DNA of 64,000 bases from Solirubrobacterales bacterium. GTDB taxonomy: Bacteria; Actinomycetota; Thermoleophilia; Solirubrobacterales; Solirubrobacteraceae. Below are positions 18,003 through 25,052 of this stretch, in pieces. How positions within the stretch are numbered: the first letter of the stretch is position 1; each line of letters starts with the position of its first letter. Both the position numbers and the translations under genes were made by a program. The notes below the pieces were generated by a model, which saw only the letters and a program-made list of their open reading frames with translations, had not been told where the DNA came from and ran no database searches. Location of the stretch: contig JBDZVZ010000004.1 in the NCBI GenBank assembly GCA_040255945.1, forward strand, positions 19,290 to 83,289. Direction: 5' to 3'.

Positions 18003-19715
18003 TCAACGCGCGTCGAGCCCAGGAGGTGATGCTCCCGGGCGCGGGCGGAGCGCCACCGCGAGGATCCAGGCGGCCGCCGCACCGACGACGAGGCTGCGGC
18101 CGCCGACCCCGGCCCCGGCTTGGAGGGCGGCGGTCAGGCCGGCCGACCAGGCGGTGACCGCCACGATGTCGACCGTCAGCAGCCGGCCGCGTACGAGCCA
18201 CGGCAGGAGGATCGCGGCCACCGCGAAGGCGGCGACCGCCGCGCCGGTGCTCGTCGTCAGCAGGGCGCCCAGGGCGTCGAGCGCATCGCCGCCGGTGCGA
18301 CGGAGGGCCGGCGCCCGCCACCCGTCCGACCCCGAGCCGGGGACCGCGAGCAGCAGGGTCCGGTCGGCCAGCGCACCGGCGATCGCCAGCCACCAGGCGC
18401 CGACCGCCCCGAGCGCGGCCCGGTGGCTCCAGCGCGGGGCGCGGCCCGCCAGCGCCGGGAACGCGCCACCGGCCGAGACGAGGGCGGCGACCGGGGCCAG
18501 CGCGGCGGCCGACCAGGTCCACGCGGGCGCGAAGCGCAGCAGCAGCGGCACGGGCGCCAGCGCGGCGGCGGCCAGCAGCGCGGTGCCGGGCTGGGCGCCC
18601 GCCAGCGCCGCGAGCAGGACGATGGCCGCGGCCAGCCAACCGAGCCGGGGCAGCAGCACGACCGCCACGGCGGTCCCGAGGGCGGCGGGCAGCACGGTGA
18701 TGCCGGCCGCGTCGCCGAGCAGCAGCGGGCCGGCGGCGGCCAGCCCGCCGGCGAGCGCGGCCGCGACGAGCCGGTCGGGCACCGGGGTGCGCACCGCGGG
18801 CGCGACGCCGGCGATCGGCTCCAGGGGGCCGCCCGCGATCGTGCCCGGCTCGTCGTCGACGGCGCGCCGGGCGCCCGCCAGCGCGCGCCGCAGGTCGGCG
18901 ACCGAGCCGCGCTGCGCCGGGTCCGGCCAGACCGCGGCGTCGATCGCGTCGCAGAGCTCGAGCGGCAGGTCGCGCCGCAGGCGGCCCAGGGGCGGCAGCC
19001 GCTGACCGACCCGGCGGGCCGTGGCGCCCGCGCCCCGGGCGCGCACCGGGTTGACGCCCGCCAGGCCCTCGTAGAGGCACAGGCCGAGCGCGTAGAGGTC
19101 GGCCTCCGGCCCGGCCTCGGCGCCCTCGGCCTGCTCGGGCGCCATGTAGGCCAGCGTGCCGACGACGTCGCCGGTCTGGGTCAGCGCGTCATCGCCCGCA
19201 ATGCGCGCCACCCCGAAGTCCGTGAGCTTCGCGGCCGGGCCCGCGCCGTCGTCATCGCCCGGCACGAGGATGTTCGGCGGCTTGACGTCGCGGTGCACGA
19301 CCCCGCGCCGGTGCGCGTGGGTCAGCGCGTCGCACATGGCCAGCCCGATCGCGACGACGTCGCGGTCCGACAGCGCGCCCTCGGCGAGCAGCGCTGCGTA
19401 GGTCGCGCCGTGGACGAGCTCGGAGACGAGAAAGACCGCGTCCTGGTCGGCGACCGCCTCGTAGAGCGCGACGATCGCCGGATGCTGGAGCCGCGCGGCC
19501 GCCACGCTCTCGCGGTCGGCCCGGCGCGCCGTGTCGGCGTCGCCGCACGGAATGCGCTTCACCGCGACGGCCCGGTCGAGCTTGAGGTCGTGGGCGAGCC
19601 AGACGACGCCGAAGCCGCCCCCGCCCAGGCGGCGCACGAGCCGGTAGCGGTCGAGCACGACGGGCTCGTCGCCGCGGGACGCGGACGTCGTCGTCGTATG
19701 CTCCGCGGTCTCCAC
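18003..19715 (-). CDS. Ser/Thr protein kinase with polytopic Ala/Leu-rich C-terminal membrane domain
   Basis: GGGGFGVVWLA, AVK, HRDVKPPN, DFGVA and APEQ form the kinase core (about 290 aa). About 280 aa with several predicted TM segments follow. GTG start. Confidence 0.8.
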   Translation of the reverse strand: METAEHTTTTSASRGDEPVVLDRYRLVRRLGGGGFGVVWLAHDLKLDRAVAVKRIPCGDADTARRADRESVAAARLQHPAIVALYEAVADQDAVFLVSELVHGATYAALLAEGALSDRDVVAIGLAMCDALTHAHRRGVVHRDVKPPNILVPGDDDGAGPAAKLTDFGVARIAGDDALTQTGDVVGTLAYMAPEQAEGAEAGPEADLYALGLCLYEGLAGVNPVRARGAGATARRVGQRLPPLGRLRRDLPLELCDAIDAAVWPDPAQRGSVADLRRALAGARRAVDDEPGTIAGGPLEPIAGVAPAVRTPVPDRLVAAALAGGLAAAGPLLLGDAAGITVLPAALGTAVAVVLLPRLGWLAAAIVLLAALAGAQPGTALLAAAALAPVPLLLRFAPAWTWSAAALAPVAALVSAGGAFPALAGRAPRWSHRAALGAVGAWWLAIAGALADRTLLLAVPGSGSDGWRAPALRRTGGDALDALGALLTTSTGAAVAAFAVAAILLPWLVRGRLLTVDIVAVTAWSAGLTAALQAGAGVGGRSLVVGAAAAWILAVALRPRPGASPPGLDAR

Positions 19716-19838
19716 CGCCTCCCTCTTCCTCGCGGGAAGAAGGGGGCCTGCCGCTGACGGCGAACTTGCAACCGGCGGTCTCGTCAGAGACGGCGGTCAT
19801 ACTGCCCATGCGCCGCGCGCCGAGGAGCGCCTCCTTCC

Positions 19839-20945
19839 GTGTCCTTCTTCGACGACGAGCCCGACGAGCCCACCCGCGTCACGCGCCCCAGCCGGCCGCG
19901 ACGCCCGTCCTCCGCCGCCCGCACGGCGGGCGGCGATCCCGACGTCGCCCGCCGGCGGCTCATCGCCGCCGGCATCCTCGCGGTGCTCGCGATCATCCTC
20001 ATCTTCGGGGTGCGCAGCTGCTTCAACACGCGCCACCAGAACGCGCTGAAGGACTACAACCGCGACGTCGCCTCGATCGTCGAGAGCTCCGACGGCCAGG
20101 TCTCCAAGCAGCTGTTCGACGTGCTCGGCAACGGCGGCAACCCCAACGACGTCCAGGTCGCCGTCAACCAGGTCCGCCAGCAGGCGGACGAGGACGCGCG
20201 CCGGGCCAAGCAGCTCGACGCGCCGGGCGACATGGACGCGGCGCAGCGCAACCTCGAGCTCGTCATGAACCTCCGCGACGAGGGCGTGCGCGCGATCGCC
20301 GACAACCTGCCCAAGGCGCTGACCTCAGGGCGCGCCGCGGTCGCCGCCATGCAGCAGGTCGTCGGCCAGATGCAGGCGTTCCTGGCCTCCGACGTCGTCT
20401 ACTCCCAGCGGGTCGCGCCGCTCATCCGCAACGCGCTCGACGACGCCGACATCCACGGCACCCGGGTGGCGTCGTCGAAGTTCCTGCCGAGCCTCGGCTG
20501 GGTCGACTACGAGAAGGCCGCCGAGAAGATCAACCCGGATGCCGGCGGGGCGGGCAGCACGAGCAGCGGCGAGCCGAAGCCGGGCACCCACGGTCACGGC
20601 CTCGTGAGCGTCAGCGCCGGCGGCGTGACCCTCCAGCCCGGGGAGGTGACGAACCGCGTCCCGGTCTCGGCCGGCCTGGCGTTCGACGTGACCTTCCAGA
20701 ACCAGGGCGAAAACGACGAGTCCAACGTCAAGGTCACCGTGAAGATCGCGGGCCAGAGCAAGACGATCGACCAGAGCAAGACGATCCGCGAGACGAAGGC
20801 CGGCCAGACCTCGAACGTCACCGTCCAGGTCTCCGAGACGCCCGCGAAGGGCAGCGTCGCGAAGGTCACCGTGACCGTCGGCAAGGTCCCGGGCGAGAAG
20901 ACCGTCGACAACAACACGCAGACCTACTCGGTCCTCTTCACGTAG
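19839..20945 (+). CDS. membrane-anchored hypothetical protein with C-terminal Ig/CARDB-like domain
   Basis: Disordered basic N-terminus, one TM (LIAAGILAVLAIILIFGV), a helical region, then a beta-rich tail (VTFQNQGENDESNVKVTVKIAG...VTVTVGKVPGEKTVDNN). It is divergent from the kinase at 18003-19715. Confidence 0.65.
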   Translation: MSFFDDEPDEPTRVTRPSRPRRPSSAARTAGGDPDVARRRLIAAGILAVLAIILIFGVRSCFNTRHQNALKDYNRDVASIVESSDGQVSKQLFDVLGNGGNPNDVQVAVNQVRQQADEDARRAKQLDAPGDMDAAQRNLELVMNLRDEGVRAIADNLPKALTSGRAAVAAMQQVVGQMQAFLASDVVYSQRVAPLIRNALDDADIHGTRVASSKFLPSLGWVDYEKAAEKINPDAGGAGSTSSGEPKPGTHGHGLVSVSAGGVTLQPGEVTNRVPVSAGLAFDVTFQNQGENDESNVKVTVKIAGQSKTIDQSKTIRETKAGQTSNVTVQVSETPAKGSVAKVTVTVGKVPGEKTVDNNTQTYSVLFT

Positions 20946-20988
20946 GCCCCGCTCAGGCCCGCCCGGCCGAGGTTGTAGGTTCTCGCCG

Positions 20989-21522
20989 GTGGATGGGCTG
21001 AGCTCGACCGCCGGAATCGTCGCGCTCGCCGCGTGCGCGGTGGCGGTCGTCGCGCTCGCCGTCGCCGTGGTGGGGTTCGTCCGGCTGCGCCGCCTGCGCG
21101 CCGCCCAGCGCGTCCTGCTCGGCGGCGACCGGCCCGCCGAGGACCTCGTCGCCCACGCGGCGCGCATCGAGGAGGAGTTCCGCGCCCTGCACGCCTACGT
21201 CGGGGAGGTCGTCAGCCGGCTCGACGGGCGCCTCGGCCTGGCGGAGGCCCGGCTCGACGGGGCGATCGCCTACCGGGGCGTTGTGCGGTTCGACGCCTTC
21301 GACGAGATGTCGGGCCGCCAGTCCTGCGCGATCGCGCTGCTGGACGCCACGCGCTCCGGGGTCGTGCTGACGAACATCAGCCGCCGCGACCAGGCGCGGC
21401 TCTACGTCAAGCACGTCGTCGAGGGCCGCGGCGAGTTCCAGCTGGCGCCCGAGGAGGAGGAGGCGATCCGGGTCGCCCTGGCCGGCGAGCCGCCTCCCGA
21501 GCCGGCCCCGAGCGGTTCATGA
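20989..21522 (+). CDS. DUF4446-like membrane-anchored protein
   Basis: N-terminal TM, a coiled region, and IAYRGVVRFDAFDEMSGRQSCAIALLD..GVVLT...RDQARLYVK, as I recall for the DUF4446 family. The stop overlaps the pheA ATG (ATGA). Confidence 0.6.
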   Translation: MDGLSSTAGIVALAACAVAVVALAVAVVGFVRLRRLRAAQRVLLGGDRPAEDLVAHAARIEEEFRALHAYVGEVVSRLDGRLGLAEARLDGAIAYRGVVRFDAFDEMSGRQSCAIALLDATRSGVVLTNISRRDQARLYVKHVVEGRGEFQLAPEEEEAIRVALAGEPPPEPAPSGS

Positions 21523-22373
21523 AGGTCGCCTACCTCGGTCCGCCCGGCACGTTCAGCCATGCGGCGGTGCTGGCCGCCCCGGCCCTGAGGGGAGCCGATC
21601 CGGTGCCGTGCGCGAGCGAGCGCGAAGCCATCCTGGCCGCCGCGGCCGGCGCGGTCGACGCCGCGCTCGTGCCGATCGAGAACTCGCTGGAGGGCGGGGT
21701 CAACGCGACGCTCGACACGCTGGCGTTCGACGCGCCGCAGCTGTCGGTCGTCGCCGAGTCGGTGCTGGCGGTGCGCCACGCGCTCATCGCCCGGGCGGGG
21801 GTCGACGCCGGTGGGCTGACCCGGGTCGTGTCCCATCCGCAGCCGCTGGGCCAGTGCCGGCGCTATCTCGCGCAGCGGCTGGCGGGCGTGGCGACGGCCG
21901 CCGCGACCTCCACCGCCGAGGCGGTGCGGATCGTCGCCGGCGCGACCGACGAGCGCTGGGCGGCGATCGGGCCGCAGGCGGCCGCCGCGCTCTACGGCTG
22001 CGCGGTCCTCGCCGACGGCATCGAGGACGAGCCCGGCAACGAGACGCGCTTCTGGCTCGTGGCGCGCGACGCGAACCTGCTCGGCGGCGACGCGGCGGTT
22101 GCGCCCGGCCCCGCCAAGACCTCGGTGCTCTTCCGCGGCGCGGGCGACACGTCCCCCGGCTGGCTGGTGGAGTGCCTGTCGGAGTTGGCCTCGCGCGGCA
22201 TCAACCTGACGCGGATCGAGTCGCGCCCGCAGAAGCGGCGGCTCGGGCACTACCTCTTCCTCGTCGACCTCCAGGGCCACGCGGTCGACCCCGCCGTCGA
22301 CGAGGCGATCGCGCGCCTGCGCGACCACTGCGAGGAGGTTCGGGTGCTGGGCAGCTACGCCGCCGCCGGGTGA
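21519..22373 (+). CDS. pheA: prephenate dehydratase
   Basis: MKVAYLGPPGTFSHAA, VPIENSLEGGVNATLD, NETRFWLV, the ACT-domain TRIESRP, and GHYLFLVDLQGH. Confidence 0.9.
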   Translation: MKVAYLGPPGTFSHAAVLAAPALRGADPVPCASEREAILAAAAGAVDAALVPIENSLEGGVNATLDTLAFDAPQLSVVAESVLAVRHALIARAGVDAGGLTRVVSHPQPLGQCRRYLAQRLAGVATAAATSTAEAVRIVAGATDERWAAIGPQAAAALYGCAVLADGIEDEPGNETRFWLVARDANLLGGDAAVAPGPAKTSVLFRGAGDTSPGWLVECLSELASRGINLTRIESRPQKRRLGHYLFLVDLQGHAVDPAVDEAIARLRDHCEEVRVLGSYAAAG

Positions 22374-22439
22374 TCTCGGCCCGGCTGCGGGCCGGGTCCG
22401 CTCGGCTGGGTGCTACGTTTCCTGCCGGAGTCTGCTCCG

Positions 22440-23018
22440 ATGACTCAGCTCACCCCACCACACCCCAGTGGGTCCGCGTCGCTCGACGAGCACCGGCGAC
22501 GCGGACGTGATGGTGGGCGGGTGCTCGTCCTCAACGCGTCGTACGAGCCGATCAACGTGTGCACGGTCCGGCGCGCGGTCGTCCTGCTGCTGAAGGCGAA
22601 GGCGGAGGTCGTCGAGCACGCGGCCTGGGAGCTGCGCTCGGAGAGCACGACGGTCGCCCGGCCGGTCGTCATCCGCCTGATGACCTACGTGATCATCCCG
22701 CGCGACACGCAGCGCCGGCGCATCACCCGGCGGGCCGTCTTCGCCCGCGACGGCTGGCGCTGCCAGTACTGCGGCTCGCGCAACAACCTCACGGTCGACC
22801 ACGTCATCCCGCGGTCGAAGGGCGGCACGTCGACGTGGGAGAACATCGTCGCCTCGTGCGCGCCGTGCAACCGGCGCAAGGCCGACCATCTGCCCGACAA
22901 GGCAGGCATGCATCCGAGGCGGACGCCAACGGCGCCGCAGCCGCACGTCTTCATCCACGTCGCGGCGCCGACGATCCCCGCCGCGTGGCGTCAGTGGCTG
23001 CCGGCCGAGGCCGCCTGA
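22440..23018 (+). CDS. HNH endonuclease family protein
   Basis: RDGWRCQYCGS...LTVDHVIPRSKGG..TWENIVASCAPCNRRK is the HNH/Cys4 motif. An alternative GTG start lies at 22410. Confidence 0.8.
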   Translation: MTQLTPPHPSGSASLDEHRRRGRDGGRVLVLNASYEPINVCTVRRAVVLLLKAKAEVVEHAAWELRSESTTVARPVVIRLMTYVIIPRDTQRRRITRRAVFARDGWRCQYCGSRNNLTVDHVIPRSKGGTSTWENIVASCAPCNRRKADHLPDKAGMHPRRTPTAPQPHVFIHVAAPTIPAAWRQWLPAEAA

Positions 23019-23033
23019 GCCGGGTCCGGCGCG

Positions 23034-23972
23034 TCACGCGCGCAGGACGCGCAGGCCCCACGAGACGCTGAGCTGCTCGCCGGGGGCGAGCATGGCGACG
23101 TCCTCGCCGGTGGCCAGGGCGTTGGGCGGGCAGGTCATCGGCTCGACGCCGAGGCTGCGCCGGCGCCGCGACGGGTCGGGCAGCGCGTCGCCGGTGAAGA
23201 GCATGAGGTGGCGGTGGCGGCCGTCGACCCACAGCTCGACGGCGCGCGCCCCGTCGGGCGTCGCGAGCGTCACCTCGGCCGTGCCGTCCTCGCGACGCAC
23301 GAGATCGCCGTAGCCGGTGTCGAGGGCGAGCTCGCCGATCGGCCGCGCCTGCCGAAAGTCGTACGGCGTGCCGTCGACGGGCTCCCGGCCGGTCGGCAGG
23401 CCGCGGTCGTCGGTGAGCAGCCGGCTGGCACCGGGCGCGCCGAGCACGGCCTCGTCGATCATCGCGGTGCCGACGGTGAGGTAGGGGTGGGCGCCCGCGC
23501 CGTACGGGCAGGGCGTCGCGGCGAGGTTGCGGCCGGTCGTGGTGACCGTGAGCCCGTCGTCGTCGAGCCGGTGCTCGGCGGTGACCTCGACGGTCCACGG
23601 GTAGCCGGCCTGAGCGGCGATGCGGCAGCGCAGCAGCACGCGCTCGTCGTCGCGCTCGGCGATCTCCCAGGTCAGCCAGCGCGCGAGGCCGTGGATGGCG
23701 TTGTGGGCCGCCGGCTCGGTGAGCGGCAGCTGGTGGTCGGTGCCGTCGACGGAGTAGGCGCCGTCGCGCAGGCGGTTGGGCCAGGGAACGAGCAGCTGGC
23801 CGCGGGCGTCGGTGTTGAGCTCGTCGGCTGCGGAGCCGTCGAGGATGTCCCAGTCGCCGACGGCGTAGCGGCGCAGTCCGCCGCCCACGGTGACCGCGAC
23901 GGCGTGCTGGTCGCCACGGCGCAGCTCGACCTGGGTTCCGGAGGCTGGTGCGTTGACGGTGCTGGTGGCCAT
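23034..23972 (-). CDS. aldose 1-epimerase (galactose mutarotase-like) family protein
   Basis: LVPWPNRLRDGAY...HQLPLTEP...NAIHGL, GAHPYL and LGVEPMTCPPNAL are the pattern typical of the aldose-epimerase fold. Confidence 0.78.
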   Translation of the reverse strand: MATSTVNAPASGTQVELRRGDQHAVAVTVGGGLRRYAVGDWDILDGSAADELNTDARGQLLVPWPNRLRDGAYSVDGTDHQLPLTEPAAHNAIHGLARWLTWEIAERDDERVLLRCRIAAQAGYPWTVEVTAEHRLDDDGLTVTTTGRNLAATPCPYGAGAHPYLTVGTAMIDEAVLGAPGASRLLTDDRGLPTGREPVDGTPYDFRQARPIGELALDTGYGDLVRREDGTAEVTLATPDGARAVELWVDGRHRHLMLFTGDALPDPSRRRRSLGVEPMTCPPNALATGEDVAMLAPGEQLSVSWGLRVLRA

Positions 23973-24044
23973 GCCTTCGACCTGCCCGCTGCGGGCGCTG
24001 CGTCAACGACGATGAGTTTTGGCCCGCCGGCGCGTCTCGGGGGC

Positions 24045-24605
24045 ATGCGCACGCTCATCGTCACCGAGTTCGTCTCCCTCGACGGCGTCATGGAGGCGCC
24101 CGGCGGCGAGCCGGGCTACGCCCATTCCGGCTGGGTCGCGCCGCGCTTCACCGAGGCGCTGGGCGAGTACAAGCTCCAGGAGCAGCTCGAGGCCGACGTG
24201 CTGCTGCTCGGCCGCGTCACCTACGAGAGCTTCCACGGTGCCTGGCCGCAGCGCGACGGCGAGATGGCCGAGAAGATCAACACGATGCGCAAGGTCGTCG
24301 CGTCGACGACGGTCGCGCGGAGCGACTGGGCCAACACGACGGTCGTCAACGACGATGTCCTCGGCGCGGTCGCCACGCTCAAGCAGGAGGACGGCGGCCC
24401 GATCCTCGTCGCGGGCAGCCGCACGCTCGTCCACGGCCTGCTGACGGCCGGTCTCGTCGACCAGCTGCACCTCCAGGTCTTCCCGGTCATCCTCGGCAGC
24501 GGCGACCGCCTGTTCCCGGAGACCGAGACGCCGATCGCGCTCGAGCTGCTCGAGGCGCAGCCGCTGCCCGGCGGCGTGCAGATCCAGCGCTATCGCGTCG
24601 CCTAG
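24045..24605 (+). CDS. dihydrofolate reductase family protein (RibD C-terminal domain-like)
   Basis: MRTLIVTEFVSLDGVMEAPGG...LLLGRVTYESF...ILVAGSRTLVHGLL..GLVDQLHLQVFPVILGSG. Confidence 0.8.
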   Translation: MRTLIVTEFVSLDGVMEAPGGEPGYAHSGWVAPRFTEALGEYKLQEQLEADVLLLGRVTYESFHGAWPQRDGEMAEKINTMRKVVASTTVARSDWANTTVVNDDVLGAVATLKQEDGGPILVAGSRTLVHGLLTAGLVDQLHLQVFPVILGSGDRLFPETETPIALELLEAQPLPGGVQIQRYRVA

Positions 24606-24670
24606 CAGGTCACGGAGCGGGAGCGGCACCGTCCCCCGCCGACCCGAACGACAACGCTCCGCCACAACGA

Positions 24671-24702
24671 CGAAGGGCGCCGCCTCACGGCGACGCCCTT
24701 CG
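24671..24702. terminator. strong stem-loop in a convergent intergenic region
   Basis: CGAAGGGCGCCGCC-TCAC-GGCGACGCCCTTCG pairs 13 of 14 positions. It lies 66 nt after the DHFR-family stop. It could terminate that gene (+) or a minus-strand transcript (followed there by UCGUUGUGG). Confidence 0.4.
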
Positions 24703-24901
24703 CAAACCACTGACTGGACGAAAACCCGCGTCGCGCCTGACTCGGCGGCCGATGGGACGACGTCGGCAGCACGCGCGGGGGTGGCCCGGTGTGGATTCGC
24801 TGGATCGGATCCAGCCCTACCGACCTCAGCGGCCGGCCACCTCCAGGGTCCCGGCAGTACAAGAACTAGATATGCGGACCACCTCCTTTCTCTGGTAGGC
24901 G

Positions 24902-24948
24902 GCAGGGTAGCACCGCCCTGCGACGCCACCGACCGGTTCGGCGGCGTC
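24902..24948 (-). terminator. tandem stem-loops downstream of gyrA
   Basis: GACGCCACCGACC/GGTTCGGCGGCGTC (24922-24948, one mismatch) and GCAGGG-N8-CCCTGC (24902-24921) lie 80-125 nt past the gyrA stop on the minus strand. Confidence 0.35.
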
Positions 24949-24966
24949 GGCGTCGCGGAGCGGACC

Positions 24967-25052
24967 GACCTCAGGCGTCCTCGTCGACCTCGCCGCGACG
25001 TCGACCCCGAAACGCTCGCGGCAGACCTCAGGCGTCCTCGTCGACCTCGCCG
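24967..25052. repeat. perfect 29-bp direct repeat duplicating the gyrA 3' end
   Basis: GACCTCAGGCGTCCTCGTCGACCTCGCCG occurs at 24967-24995 and 25024-25052. The second copy contains the last seven codons and stop of gyrA; the first lies in the intergenic DNA just beyond the stop. Confidence 0.9.

Noticed and set aside
24780-24841. tRNA-like appearance on the minus strand: a 7-bp acceptor-like stem GGTGGCC/GGCCACC, and a 5-bp stem with the 7-nt loop AUCCGAU (would be anticodon CCG).
   Set aside because: It is only 62 nt. There is no T arm (no GTTCRANYC) and no credible D arm, and 12 unpaired nt lie between the hairpin and the 3' acceptor strand. It is not a tRNA or an obvious tmRNA, RNase P or SRP RNA: I looked for their conserved motifs and found none.
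24878-24892. CCACCTCCTTTCTC resembles the 3' end of 16S rRNA (CACCUCCUUUCU).
   Set aside because: There is no other 16S-like sequence on either side; the neighbours are gyrA and a DHFR-family gene. It is too short to be an rRNA fragment of any significance. It is kept only as part of the candidate sRNA observation.
24967-25052. Could the 29-bp direct repeats be a CRISPR array?
   Set aside because: There are only two copies and a 28-bp spacer. One copy lies inside gyrA, and there are no cas genes in the window.
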